Assembly: GCA_963815115.1 (NCBI GenBank) | Contig: CAWFFN010000009.1 | Coordinates: 448,001 to 512,000, forward strand | From: an uncultured delta proteobacterium | GTDB taxonomy: Bacteria; Desulfobacterota; Binatia; DP-6 | Reading direction: 5' to 3' | DNA length: 64,000 nucleotides | Part shown: piece after piece, positions 12,044 to 22,410 of the stretch | Position numbering within the stretch: position 1 is the stretch's first letter | Layout: each line of letters opens with the position of its first letter | Notes under the pieces: model-generated | What the model was told of the DNA's origin: nothing | The model's input: the letters and a program-made list of their open reading frames with translations, nothing else | Database searches by the model: none | Made by a program: the position numbers and the translations under genes

Positions 12044-13174
12044 TCACGCGTCGGCGGCCGACGAGAGCTTCTGGAGCCGGTCGACGGCCTCGAGATACTC
12101 CTGCACGAGATCGTAGATCACCTCGCGCACGGGGCGCACGCGGTTCATCTGTCCGACGATCTGGCCGACCGGGTTGAACATCACGTCTCTCGCCTTGTCG
12201 GCATAGCGATGGACGCGTGCCACGGCGTCCGCGGTGACCATGAACTGGAGCGGCATGCCGAGCGGCTTCGGGGAACCGGGAGCCTCCCAGGCCTCGGTCC
12301 AGTCGTTGCGCAGCATGCGGCACGGCTTGCCGGTGAAGGAGCGCGAGCGGACCGTGTCCCTGCTGCTGGCGGCGAGAAGGGCGTCACGCTGTGCGGGCGG
12401 CGACTCGGCCTCCTGGACGGTCAGCCAGATCGAGCCCGTCCACACGCCCTGCGCGCCGACGGCGAGCGCCGCCGCGATCTGGCGGCCGGTGCCGATGCCG
12501 CCTGCGGCCAGCACGGGGGTGGGCGCGACCGCGTCGATCACCTCGGGCCACAGCACGACGCTGCCGATCTCGCCGGTATGCCCGCCGCCCTCGGAGCCCT
12601 GGGCGACGATGATGTCGACGCCGGCGGCCTGGTGCGCGCGCGCCTGCTTCGATGAGCCGCAGAGCGCCGTCACCAGGCGCCCGGAGTCGTGGATGCGATC
12701 GATGACGTCGGCCGGCGGCGTGCCGAGGGCATTGGCGATGAGGCGGACCTTGGGATGACGGAGCGCGACGTCGATCTGGGGATTGGCCGTCGCGGCCGTC
12801 CAGCCCAGCAGCTCGCCGACGGGCCGCTCGCCCTCGGGCAGCCTCGGGACGCCGTGGTCGGAGAGAAGCTTGTCCGCGAAGCGACGATGCTCCTCGGGGA
12901 CTGCCGCCCGCAGCATCTCCTCGAGCTTCTTGGGATCGACCTCGCCCATGCCCTCGTACTTGCCCGGGATGACGACGTCGACGCCGTAGGGCCGGTCGCC
13001 GACGTGCTCGTCGATCCAGCGGCACTCGACCTCGAGCTGGTCGGGGGGAAACCCGACCGCGCCGAGGACGCCCAGACCGCCGGCGCGGCTGACGGCCGCG
13101 ACGACGTCGCGGCAGTGGCTGAACGCGAAGATGGGAAACTCGATGCCCAGGCGATTGCAGAGCTCGGTGCGCAC
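12044..13174 (-). CDS. Nitronate monooxygenase family flavoprotein
   Basis: 'LGIEFPIFAFSH', 'AQGSEGGGHTG', 'PVLAAGGIGTGRQ', 'GAQGVWTGS'; GTG start after GAGAGGAG. Confidence 0.85.
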   Translation of the reverse strand: MRTELCNRLGIEFPIFAFSHCRDVVAAVSRAGGLGVLGAVGFPPDQLEVECRWIDEHVGDRPYGVDVVIPGKYEGMGEVDPKKLEEMLRAAVPEEHRRFADKLLSDHGVPRLPEGERPVGELLGWTAATANPQIDVALRHPKVRLIANALGTPPADVIDRIHDSGRLVTALCGSSKQARAHQAAGVDIIVAQGSEGGGHTGEIGSVVLWPEVIDAVAPTPVLAAGGIGTGRQIAAALAVGAQGVWTGSIWLTVQEAESPPAQRDALLAASSRDTVRSRSFTGKPCRMLRNDWTEAWEAPGSPKPLGMPLQFMVTADAVARVHRYADKARDVMFNPVGQIVGQMNRVRPVREVIYDLVQEYLEAVDRLQKLSSAADA

Positions 13175-13211
13175 GATGGACTCCTCTCCGATCCCCCTGG
13201 CCATTCGGGGG

Positions 13212-13247
13212 TGTCATCCTGTAAACCTCGACGTGACATGTCGTCAA
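13212..13247. promoter_or_regulatory. Putative TetR operator/divergent promoter region
   Basis: Two related sites, TGTCAtccTGTAAA and TGACAtgtCGTCAA, between divergent NMO and TetR genes. Confidence 0.3.
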
Positions 13248-13957
13248 CCAGGAACGGGAAGCCCGGCCGGCCCCGACCCCGCGGCCGGGGTGCGCCGGCC
13301 AGGCTGGCGTCGGGCGAGCGGCGGAGAGACCTCCTGCGCGTCGCCGCCGACCTGCTGACGCGGCACGGAGTCGACGGGGTGCAGATGGCGGAGGTGGCGA
13401 CGACCGGCGGGGTGAGCCGCCAGCTGGTCTACCGCTTCTTCCCCAGCCGGCCCGCGCTCCTGCGGGGCGTGCTGGAGGATTTCGCCGCCGCGCTGACCCG
13501 CGAGTTCGGCCGCCATGCCCTGGATCGCCTGCCGGCGGACATCGAGGAGGCGACGCAGGTGTACGTGGAGGCGGTGTGCGACACCATCGGGGCCCAGGGA
13601 GTCGGTGCCTGGCACCTGCTCGACTCGAAAGGTCCGGATCGGGAGATCGGGCGCCTCGGCCAGGAGATCATGCAGCGCCTCATCCTCCCCTGGCACACTC
13701 GCATCTCGCGGGTGACGGGAAGCGGGGAGCGCGAAGCGGCGATCGTCGCGCGCATGCTGGTGGCGGCGGCGCGAGCGACGCTCGATCTGTGGTGCAGCGG
13801 CGAGATCTCGCGCGAGGAAGCCGTCAGGCACGCGACGCGCGGGGTGACGGCGCTCCTCGCGACCCTGCCGCCGCCGTCCGCTCGCCACGACCGGCTCGCA
13901 TGGCGTCCGCCGACACGCCCGCGGTCGACTCGACGATCCGGATCGCCGCCCGCGTGA
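13238..13957 (+). CDS. TetR/AcrR family transcriptional regulator
   Basis: HTH 'LLRVAADLLTRHGVDGVQMAEVATTGGVSRQLVYRFFPSR'. Confidence 0.85.
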   Translation: MSSTRNGKPGRPRPRGRGAPARLASGERRRDLLRVAADLLTRHGVDGVQMAEVATTGGVSRQLVYRFFPSRPALLRGVLEDFAAALTREFGRHALDRLPADIEEATQVYVEAVCDTIGAQGVGAWHLLDSKGPDREIGRLGQEIMQRLILPWHTRISRVTGSGEREAAIVARMLVAAARATLDLWCSGEISREEAVRHATRGVTALLATLPPPSARHDRLAWRPPTRPRSTRRSGSPPA

Positions 13958-15233
13958 CCGGCTCCAGGCTCGGGCGGTGGATCTTGTCCAGCGTGTCCAT
14001 CGCGTCGAAGAGGTAGAACGGCGCGGTCAGGAAGTTCACCAGGGGGACGTCCGCGAGATGGAACGGTCCGCCGTCGGTCGTCGGGTGCGGGCCGAAGATG
14101 TCGGGCGGGAGCACGAGCGAGCGCGTCAGACCCTCCGCCTCGATGGCGTGGCGGACGGCGCCCTCCAGCCGCGGGATGCGGCTGGTGAACCACCAGCGCG
14201 CCTCGGGGTGCCCGGTCGCCGCGAGCACCCCGTCGCGCTCGGCGAGCTCGCTGGCGGCGTGCTCGAGATGGACCTCGAGCACCACGCGGGCGAGCGCGTC
14301 GCGATGTCTCGCGATGAAGGCATGCACGCCGGCGCCGCCGGCCATGTGACCGGCGTTCAGCAGGAAGACGAGGCGGTGCGGGCGCGCGGCCTGCGGCAGG
14401 CGCGACCAGTACGCGGCCTGCGCGAGGACCAGCGCGACGCCCGAGCCGTCCTCGACCGCCGAGGCCCAGGGCCCGTCGTGGTGCGACCCGATGATGACCG
14501 CCTCGTCATCGGCTCCGGGAAGCTCGCCGACCACGTTGTCGCTGGTGATGGTCTCGCGGGCGGCGTCGATCTCGAGCCGCGCCCGCACCGGTCCGCGCTC
14601 CGCGAGCGCTCGCAGGCGCGTGCCGTCGCTTCCCCGGATCCAGACGCCGGGAATCGGCCGCGCGACCCCGTCGTAGGGGACGTAGTAGTCCTTCGAGTCG
14701 CCCGGGTAGTCGCGCAGGACGCCGACGAAGCCGGCGGCGCCCGCCGCGATGGCGGGCTCCATCACCGCCATGAACTCGTGGCCGAACGGCAGGATCTGCG
14801 CGGCGCCGGCGAACGACTCCTCCGGGTCGTACGACCAGGTGGCGCGGCCGGCGAGCGCGGCGTGCGGCATGCGCATGAGGGAGACCTCGTGCAGTGCGAT
14901 GGCGCCGCGCACGCGTTCGGGCGCTGCCGGGTCGAACGGCACCAGCGCGGCCTCGGTTCCCCGCGTGGCGCTCGCGTGGGGAAGCGGGAAGCAGTCGATC
15001 GCCCGGGATTCTCCCTCGCCGCCGACGGTCAGCGCGCACCGCTTCGGTTCCCAGTAGGGCAGCGTGACCGGTTCGCGCCGCACGTCCTCCAGGCCGAGCT
15101 CGCGCAGCGTCCGTTCGGTCCATCCCTCGGCCCAGCGGTCGGCCGGATACCCGGGCCGGCGGATGCCCCGGCTGAAGACGTCCTCGATCCAGCCGAGTAT
15201 CCGGCGCTCCGGGGGAACGAGATCGCCGCGCAT
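13824..15233 (-). CDS. M28 family peptidase with PA-like insert
   Basis: 'NVVGELPG', 'IIGSHHDG', 'AVEDGSGVA', 'TDGGPF', 'DTLDKI'. Confidence 0.75.
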   Translation of the reverse strand: MRGDLVPPERRILGWIEDVFSRGIRRPGYPADRWAEGWTERTLRELGLEDVRREPVTLPYWEPKRCALTVGGEGESRAIDCFPLPHASATRGTEAALVPFDPAAPERVRGAIALHEVSLMRMPHAALAGRATWSYDPEESFAGAAQILPFGHEFMAVMEPAIAAGAAGFVGVLRDYPGDSKDYYVPYDGVARPIPGVWIRGSDGTRLRALAERGPVRARLEIDAARETITSDNVVGELPGADDEAVIIGSHHDGPWASAVEDGSGVALVLAQAAYWSRLPQAARPHRLVFLLNAGHMAGGAGVHAFIARHRDALARVVLEVHLEHAASELAERDGVLAATGHPEARWWFTSRIPRLEGAVRHAIEAEGLTRSLVLPPDIFGPHPTTDGGPFHLADVPLVNFLTAPFYLFDAMDTLDKIHRPSLEPVTRAAIRIVESTAGVSADAMRAGRGERTAAAGSRGAPSPRASRA

Positions 15234-15330
15234 CGTGCGCCAGCCTCTGCCGTCGGCGACCCGCGGGTGTCAAGCGAATGGCGGCCGCTTGTGGCCACCG
15301 GCGGGCGAGTGCTAGGCGGGCGGCGGGAGG

Positions 15331-15606
15331 ATGAAGCGCACCCTCAGGTTCATGCTCGTGGGCGCGATCGTCGGCGTGCTGGTGGCGTCGGTCGTCGTTC
15401 CGCCGCTGCTGATCTGGTACAACGAGCCGGGCGCGGTCACGCCGGGACATCAGACGGAGATGATCTGCAACGTCCCGACCCTGATCCGCTACACCACGAG
15501 GCGGCTGCTCCTCGGCCAGGTGATCGGCGGCGTGCTAGGCGCGATGTTCTTTCTCGTGATCACCAGCGTCGCCAGCCGGCGCGAGGATCGAATCGCTCCC
15601 GCCTGA
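15331..15606 (+). CDS. Small two-TM hypothetical membrane protein
   Basis: GGGAGG immediately upstream; two hydrophobic segments. Confidence 0.65.
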   Translation: MKRTLRFMLVGAIVGVLVASVVVPPLLIWYNEPGAVTPGHQTEMICNVPTLIRYTTRRLLLGQVIGGVLGAMFFLVITSVASRREDRIAPA

Positions 15607-15705
15607 GCGGCCCGCGTACCTGGGTCGACGCGCGCCATCCCCCACGCGGCCCTTCGTCCGCCGTACTTGCCGCTCGGCGGACGGGCGGGCATCCTATCCG
15701 GCTCG

Positions 15706-17373
15706 ATGCTGTCGCTGGCCGGAGTGAGCAAGCGCTACGGGTCGCAGGTAGTGCTCGACGAGGTGAGCTGGGGCGTTCCCGATGGTGCCCGGGTGGGCCT
15801 CACCGGCCCGAACGGTGCCGGCAAGTCGACCCTGCTGCGCATCCTGGCGGGCGAGCTGGAGGCCGACGGCGGGACCATCGCCTTCCCGCGCGGCGCACGC
15901 GTCGGCCATCTGCCGCAGCACATCCTGGGGCTCGGAGGCGAGAGCGTCCTCGGCCACGCCCTCGCCGCCTTCGCCGATCTGCACGCGCTCGAGCAGCGTC
16001 GCGCCGACCTGGAGCATCAGCTCGCCACCGTCGATCCACAGCGCGAGGAATACGCGGCCATCATGGATCGCTACGTCGCGGTGTGTGGGGAGTGGGATCA
16101 CCGCGGCCGCTACGACGTCGAATCGGAGACCGAAGCCGTGCTGCACGGGCTCGGCTTCACCGACGCGGATCTCGACCGGGACCTCGCCGAGCTGTCCGGC
16201 GGCTGGCAGATGCGGGCGGCGCTGGCGCAGCTCCTGCTGCGTCGCCCCGACGTCCTGCTGCTCGACGAGCCGACGAACTATCTCGACCTCGAGGCGCGCA
16301 CCTGGCTGGAGGAGTTCCTGGTCGCCTACCCCGGCACCCTCATCATGGTGGCGCACGATCGCTACTTCCTCGACGTCGCGGTCGATCACATCGCCGAGGT
16401 CCTGCACGGCAAGGTCACCGACTACCCGATGAACTACAGCCGCTACCTCGACGAGCGCGAGACGCGCCTCGAGCAGGCCCGCCTCGCCTACGAGACGCAG
16501 AGGGAGGAGATCGAGCGCATCGAGGCGTTCATCTCCCGCTTCCGCTACCAGGCCTCGAAGGCGGCGCTGGTGCAGAGCCGCGTGAAGCAGCTCGAACGCC
16601 TGGAGCGATTGCCGCCACCCGACGGCCACGACCGCACCCTCAAGATCCGCCTGCCGGAGGCGCCGCGGGGCGGACGGGTCACGCTCGCGCTCGAGGGCGC
16701 CCGCCAGCGCTACGGCGAGCGCGAGGTGTACGGCGGCATCGACGTCACCATCGAGCGCGGCACCCGCGTGGCGCTCGTGGGACCGAACGGGGCGGGCAAG
16801 ACGACCCTCCTCAAGATGCTCGCCGGCGTGCTTCCCCTCGACGGCGGGACGCGGACCGTCGGGCACAACGTCCGGATCGGCTACTTCGCGCAGGATCACG
16901 CCGAGGCGCTCGACATGAGCCGGAGCGCTCTCGCTGAGGTGATGAGCGTGGCCACGATGGAGACTGCGCCGCACGTACGCGGGCTGCTCGGCGCCTTCCT
17001 CTTCTCGGGCGACGCGGTGGAGAAGCGGGTCGGCGTGCTCTCCGGCGGCGAGCGCAGCCGCCTCGCGCTGGCCAAGCTCCTGCTCGAGCCGATGAACTGC
17101 CTGCTCCTCGACGAGCCCACGAACCATCTCGATCTCACCGCCAAGGAGATCCTGCTCGACGCCCTCCTCGCCTACCGCGGCAGCATCGTCATCGTGGCGC
17201 ACGACCGCTACATCCTCGACCGGCTGCCGTCGCAGATGATCGAGGTCGGCCACGGCCGCGCGACGCGCTACCTCGGCAACTACGAGGACTACCTGCGCCA
17301 GAAGGCCGCGGCCGAGGAGGCCGCGGTGGCGGCAGCGGCGCGTCCGTCGAAGGCGCCGGCGCGGGCGCGCTAG
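15706..17373 (+). CDS. ABC-F family ATP-binding protein
   Basis: Two ABC domains (GPNGAGKST, LSGGW, LLLDEPTN; GPNGAGKTT, LSGGE), inter-ABC linker, no TM segments. Confidence 0.92.
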   Translation: MLSLAGVSKRYGSQVVLDEVSWGVPDGARVGLTGPNGAGKSTLLRILAGELEADGGTIAFPRGARVGHLPQHILGLGGESVLGHALAAFADLHALEQRRADLEHQLATVDPQREEYAAIMDRYVAVCGEWDHRGRYDVESETEAVLHGLGFTDADLDRDLAELSGGWQMRAALAQLLLRRPDVLLLDEPTNYLDLEARTWLEEFLVAYPGTLIMVAHDRYFLDVAVDHIAEVLHGKVTDYPMNYSRYLDERETRLEQARLAYETQREEIERIEAFISRFRYQASKAALVQSRVKQLERLERLPPPDGHDRTLKIRLPEAPRGGRVTLALEGARQRYGEREVYGGIDVTIERGTRVALVGPNGAGKTTLLKMLAGVLPLDGGTRTVGHNVRIGYFAQDHAEALDMSRSALAEVMSVATMETAPHVRGLLGAFLFSGDAVEKRVGVLSGGERSRLALAKLLLEPMNCLLLDEPTNHLDLTAKEILLDALLAYRGSIVIVAHDRYILDRLPSQMIEVGHGRATRYLGNYEDYLRQKAAAEEAAVAAAARPSKAPARAR

Positions 17374-17531
17374 GATGCGCGACCCGAGACTTCGTCTCGG
17401 GTCGAGGGGGGAGCGAGCGTGTGGCGTTGGGTGGATCGGCGGACGTCGTGCCGCGGCCGGCAAAGCCGGCGCGGCAGAACGTGGCACGCCCGAGGCCCGA
17501 CCCGGCGGAGTCTCGGGGCGCGCGCAGCTAG
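17370..17531. mobile_element. MITE/REP-like palindromic element, copy 1 (CTAG-bounded)
   Basis: CTAG at both ends; imperfect terminal inverted repeats (GCGCGACCCGAGACT / AGTCTCGGGGCGCGC); 26-nt and 33-nt blocks shared with 53945-54209. Confidence 0.65.
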
Positions 17532-18511
17532 CCGTGCGCGCGGACCGCGGCGCAGCGGCCCGCGCCGAGCAGCCCGGCCTGGTCGTTCAGCACGACGCGC
17601 ACGGGCATCGATTCGAGCAGCGGGCGCATGCGTCCCTTGGCCAGGAAGCGCGCGCGGAAGGTGCCGTCTTTCAGCTTGGAGACGATGCGCGGCGCGATGC
17701 CGCCGCCCAGGTACACCCCGCCGGTGGCCATCACCTTGAGGGCGGCGTTGCCAGCCTCGGAGCCGTACAGGCCGACGAAGCGGTGCAGCGCCTCGACGCA
17801 GAGCGGGCTCTTCTCCTCGAGCGCCATGCTGGAGATGGTCGAGCCGGGGTCGTCCTGGCGGAGCGCGTCCGCGAGCCACGCCGGCTCCTCGCCCCGGCCG
17901 GTGTCGCGCAGGAACTCGTAGATCGACACCAGGCCCGGCCCCGACACGACGCGCTCCCAGCTCACGTGTCCCCCGAGGCGGCGCCGGAGCCAGGCGAGCA
18001 GCTCGGCCTCGACGTCGTCGTCGGGAGCGAAGTTGGCGTGGCCGCCCTCGGTGGCGAAGGGATGATGGCGCTGGCCGTCCCAGTACAGTCCCGCCTCTCC
18101 GAGGCCGGTCCCGGCGGCGACCACCGCGACGTTGCCCGCCGCGTCCGGGGCACCCGGCGACAGCTCCGCGAGCTCGTGCCCCTCCAGCGCCGCGAGACCC
18201 CACGCCGTCGCCTCCAGGTCGTTGATCACCCAGGTGCGAGCGCCGAGCTCGCGGGCGAGCTCGGCGGCGTCGATGACCCACGGCAGGTTCGTCGCCACGC
18301 TGCGCCCGTTCTTCACGGGACCGGCAACGCCGAAGCAGGCCGCGCCGACCCGCACGCCCGTCTCCTCGAGGAAGCGGCGCACGATGACGACGAGCCCGTC
18401 GTGCTCGCGGCTCGGATAGGTGTGATCGGGAGCATCGCCAGGCCGCCGCCCGTCGTCGTCGAACACGGCCAGCCGCGTGTGTGTGCCGCCGATGTCGCCG
18501 CCGAGGATCAT
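17528..18511 (-). CDS. glk: Glucokinase
   Basis: 'GDIGGTHTR', 'GVAGPV', 'TNLPW', 'INDLEA', 'GTGLGE', 'TEGGH', 'WERVVSGPG', 'GGVYLGGGIAP'. Confidence 0.93.
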   Translation of the reverse strand: MILGGDIGGTHTRLAVFDDDGRRPGDAPDHTYPSREHDGLVVIVRRFLEETGVRVGAACFGVAGPVKNGRSVATNLPWVIDAAELARELGARTWVINDLEATAWGLAALEGHELAELSPGAPDAAGNVAVVAAGTGLGEAGLYWDGQRHHPFATEGGHANFAPDDDVEAELLAWLRRRLGGHVSWERVVSGPGLVSIYEFLRDTGRGEEPAWLADALRQDDPGSTISSMALEEKSPLCVEALHRFVGLYGSEAGNAALKVMATGGVYLGGGIAPRIVSKLKDGTFRARFLAKGRMRPLLESMPVRVVLNDQAGLLGAGRCAAVRAHG

Positions 18512-20034
18512 GGTGCCTGGGGCTGGACCCAGGCACGGCCGTCACGCGCCACAAGCTCCTCGGCACATTCCGGGCCCCATGTCCCGGCGGCGTAGCTCGG
18601 AAACTCCACCGCCGAATCGGCCGCCCAGACGTCGAGGATGGGCGTCGCGACGCGCCAGGCCGCATCGATCATGTCGGCGCGGTGGAACAGCATCGCATCG
18701 CCGACCATGCAGTCGTAGAGGAGGGTCTCGTAGCCCGTGCTGCGGCTCTCACCGGCGAGGTCGCTGTAGGCGAAGGACATCTCCACCGGCGCGACGCGCA
18801 CCATCGGACCCGGGCACTTGGCGTGGAAGTGGAGCGAGAGGCGCTCGTCGGGCTGCACGTGGATGGTGAGGCGGTTCGGCGCCTGCTGCTGGGCGGCGGG
18901 CAACAGGAGCAACGGTGCGCGGCGGAACTGGATGGTGATCTCGGTGTCGTGCATCGGCAGGCGCTTGCCGGTGCGCAGGTAGAAGGGTACCCCGGCCCAG
19001 CGCCAGTTCTCCACCTCGAATCGCGCCGCTGCGAAGGTGTCGGTCGTCGAGTCGGGAGGGACGTCCGGCTCCTGGCGGTAGCCCGGCACCGGCTTGCCGT
19101 CGATCGTTCCCGGTCCGTACTGACCGCGGACGGCGAAGCGGCGGATCTCCTCGGCCGTCATCGGCTTGATGGCGTGCAGCACCTTCACCTTCTCGTCGCG
19201 CACGTTCTCTGCCGAGAACGAGATCGGAGGCTCCATGGCGACCAGGCAGAGGAGCTGCATCATGTGGTTCTGGAGCATGTCGCGCAGCGCGCCGGACGAG
19301 TCGTAGTAAGCGCCTCGTCCCTCCGCGCCGAGCGTCTCGGCGACCAGGATCTGCACGTGATCGACGTAGCGTCGGTTCCAGATGGGCTCGAACAGCCCGT
19401 TGGTGAAGCGCAGGAGCAGGATGTTCTGGACCGTCTCCTTGCCGAGGTAGTGGTCGATGCGGTGGATCTGGCGCTCGTCGAAGACCGCCAGCAGCTCGCG
19501 ATCGAGCGCCTGGGCCGACGCGAGATCGCGCCCGAAGGGTTTCTCGACGATGATCCGGGTCCAGGGACCCTCGCCGGAGGGCTTCACCAGACCGGCGGCG
19601 CCGAGGCCGGTTCCGATGGGACCGAACGCCTGGGGCGGCGTCGCGAGATAGAAGATGACGTTGCCCTCGGTGGCGTGCTTCGCCGCGATCTCGCCGAGCG
19701 GCGCGCGCAGCTCGTCGAGATCGCGTCCCTCGTTGAACTTGCCCCGGCGATAATACGTCGCGTGCTGCAAGCGCTCGAGGATCGTCGCGTCGATCGGCGG
19801 CGCGCAGAACTCGTGCACCGCCTTCGCCAGGCGCTCGCGCATGACGTCGTCCGACAGCGGCTTGGAGCCGAGCGCGACGATGGCGAAGTGCTCGTCGAGG
19901 AATCCGTTCCGCGCCAGGTTGTAGAGCGACGGAAGCAGCTTGCGCTGGGTGAGATCGCCGCTGCCGCCGAAGATCACCAGCTGGCAAGGCGGAGCGGGCT
20001 GGGCGCCGACGTCGTCGCAGGGCGAGGCGATCAC
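18508..20034 (-). CDS. zwf: Glucose-6-phosphate 1-dehydrogenase
   Basis: 'IFGGSGDL..RKL.P', 'EKPFG', 'RIDHYLGKETVQN', 'RDMLQNH', 'RWAGVPFYLRTGK'. Confidence 0.95.
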   Translation of the reverse strand: MIASPCDDVGAQPAPPCQLVIFGGSGDLTQRKLLPSLYNLARNGFLDEHFAIVALGSKPLSDDVMRERLAKAVHEFCAPPIDATILERLQHATYYRRGKFNEGRDLDELRAPLGEIAAKHATEGNVIFYLATPPQAFGPIGTGLGAAGLVKPSGEGPWTRIIVEKPFGRDLASAQALDRELLAVFDERQIHRIDHYLGKETVQNILLLRFTNGLFEPIWNRRYVDHVQILVAETLGAEGRGAYYDSSGALRDMLQNHMMQLLCLVAMEPPISFSAENVRDEKVKVLHAIKPMTAEEIRRFAVRGQYGPGTIDGKPVPGYRQEPDVPPDSTTDTFAAARFEVENWRWAGVPFYLRTGKRLPMHDTEITIQFRRAPLLLLPAAQQQAPNRLTIHVQPDERLSLHFHAKCPGPMVRVAPVEMSFAYSDLAGESRSTGYETLLYDCMVGDAMLFHRADMIDAAWRVATPILDVWAADSAVEFPSYAAGTWGPECAEELVARDGRAWVQPQAP

Positions 20035-20166
20035 CGACCCGCTCCTTATCCGGTCGGAGCGCGCAAGGGAATCCCGTTACTCCGGGCGCGCCGCGGAGAA
20101 TTCAGCTTCCCGTAATCCGCCGGCCGCGCGGGGCAGCTACACGGGGCACCCAAGGAGGTTCACCCG

Positions 20167-20969
20167 ATGAGAAGTGGCATGCATCCACGATGGCGCCCGC
20201 TCGGAAGCGCGGTCCTCGGGCTCTTGCTGGCGGTACCAGCCGCACGAGGACAGGTGCTGGGCGATGATTTCACCGCCGGCGAGCTAGCGTGTCAGAACGG
20301 CACGGCCACGACGCTCGCGAAGATGCTCGCGGCACGGACGAAGTGTTTGACCAAGTGTCTGCAAGGGTCAGGAAGGGCACCACGCCGGCCACCGACTGCC
20401 AGGCGCCCGCGTTCGGGGGCGCCACCGCCCTGTGTATCGCGGACGCGGCGAAGGGTGCCGAGGCGAAGGCACGCGCCGGCATCGCCAAGGTCTGCGGCAA
20501 GGACTGCCCCGAGTGCTATGCGGGCGGCGACTGTGCCGCGACGGCGACGGCGGCGGTGAGCCAGGTCGCGAGCACCGCCGACGTCCAGCTCGTGCCGTTC
20601 GTCTACTGCGGGATGCAATCCGGCTTGACGTCGGGCGAGGCCAAGTGCGAGGACACCGCGGCCAAGAACGTCACCAAGCTCGCCGGAAGCCTCGCGAAGT
20701 GCGTCGCCAAGTGCAAGAGCGGCGAGGCGGCCGGGAAGGTCGCCATCGGGAGCTGCGGCCCGCAGGCCACCGATGTCGCGGCCACGGCCTGCCGCAAGAA
20801 GGCCCAGGACAAGTCGGTCGCCGCGATCGACAAGGCCTGCTCGGTCGAGCAGCCGGCCTGCTACCCGAGCTTCCCGGGACTGCTGTTCGCCGGGATCGTG
20901 ACCGCCACCGCGGACGCCCGCTACCAGGACACGTACTGCGGCTTTCCGAGCCCGGCGTTTCTCCGATAG
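20167..20969 (+). CDS. Secreted Cys-rich helical-repeat protein, split by a 1-nt frameshift near 20365-20368
   Basis: AGGAGG RBS and signal peptide in the 20167 frame; adding one G to GGG gives ...TKCLQGVRKGTTPATDC... continuing in the 20289..20969 frame. Confidence 0.7.
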
Positions 20970-21023
20970 CGTGAAGCAGGCGGCGCGGGGACAGGAAGAG
21001 CCCCGCGCCGCCCACCTGCGCCC

Positions 21024-22270
21024 TCAGGGGTTCGACACCTGGGCCACCGAGCACGGGATCGACGTCGGATTCGGCACGTCGTTGCCGACCTGGTCCGAGG
21101 CGCTGAGCACCATGCACTGGAAGTTGGCCGGGCTGATGGCGCTTCCGGCGGAGCAGTCGAAGAGTACCCGCACCAGATCGCCGGCAGGGAACGTCGTGCC
21201 GGTCACGCCGTAGAGCAGATCCAGGGTGTCCTCGACGGTGTCGGCGTTGGTGTCGACGTCCTGCCCGACGATGAACGGGCTGCTCGACCCGGTGAGATCG
21301 GTGAAGCGCGACCCATCGACGAAAGGCCCGGATATGTTCGGCAGACTCACGGTGCCAGGGTAGTGCACCTGCAGGCGGATGCCCGACAGCAAAGGCGCGC
21401 CCACGGTGTCGTACGGAACGACGACCCGCACGTTGACACCCGCCGCCGTGCACGTGACCCCCCCGCCGAGCGTGGTGGTCGTGGTCGCCGAGGTCGACGT
21501 CGTGGTCGACGTCGTCGCGTTCGTGGTGCTGGTGGTCCCGGTCTGCGAGGTCGTGGTGGTGCCCGGCGACGTCGTCGTGGTCGTCGCGCCCGGGTCGAGG
21601 CGAGCGACGACGTCGGTGACGAACGCGTCCACCCGGGTTTCCACCGCGCCCGTGTCACCCGTCGTGGGGCAGCCGCCCTTCTTCTCGAGCTTCGCGAAGC
21701 AGCCCTTCGTCGGGTCGGCTCCGCCGTCGAACTTGGCCTGTGCCTTGGTGATGCAGTCCTTGTCGTTCGGCGAGATGCCCTTGGTCTCGGCCTTCTCGTG
21801 GCACTTGAGCAGTCCCACCGCCTTCGTCGAGATGCACTTCTTCTTGCCGGCGGAGCACTTGTTCACCACGATGGCGGGGTACGCCGGATCCACCACCCGC
21901 ACGATGGCGTCGACGAAGGCGTCCACCACGCCCTCGAGGGCATCGCGATCCCCGAAGGTCAGGCACGGCGTCTCGTCGCCTGCCGGGTACTTGTCCTCGA
22001 GCTTGGCGAAGCATCCCTTGGTCGGATCGTCGCCGCCGTCGAACTTGGCGATCGCCTTCGTGAGACAGTCCTTGTCGGCCACCGCCACGCCCTTGGTCTC
22101 CGACGTGACGTGGCACTTGAGCACGCCCGCGAGCTTGGTGGCCACGCACTTCTTCTTGCCCGCCGAGCACTTGTTCAACGTGAACGACTGCGCAGCCGCG
22201 AGCTCGGGAATTGCCGCGAGCAGCGCAGCGGCCCCCACCGACACGTACCACGCCGATCGGATCCTCATCA
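21024..22270 (-). CDS. Secreted protein: 2x Cys-rich helical repeats, Thr-rich linker, C-terminal cohesin-like domain
   Basis: Signal peptide; duplicated 'NKCSAGKKKC...CH...ETKG...DKDC.TKA..KFDGG.DPTKGCFAKLE'; C-terminus 'SASDQVGNDV..IPCSV'; start approximate. Confidence 0.8.
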
Positions 22271-22410
22271 TGTCCGCCCTCCTCTGGCGTGCCTGTATTC
22301 CCAGCCGTCCGGGGCCAGGCAATACGAAAAGAGGGCAGAATCGCGCTCTTCAGGCGATCACGCCGGCAAATTCATGCGCCGGTAACGAAGCGGACGGTGC
22401 GGCCGTGGAT

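Noticed and set aside
13824-13957. 134-nt convergent overlap between TetR and the M28 peptidase as antisense regulation
   Set aside because: Both tails are low-complexity extensions, common in high-GC genomes with few stop codons; no other support.
7195-20370. Programmed ribosomal frameshifting at the two split genes (~7201 and ~20366)
   Set aside because: Both are single-base losses in short homopolymers with no slippery heptamer; sequencing error is more parsimonious.
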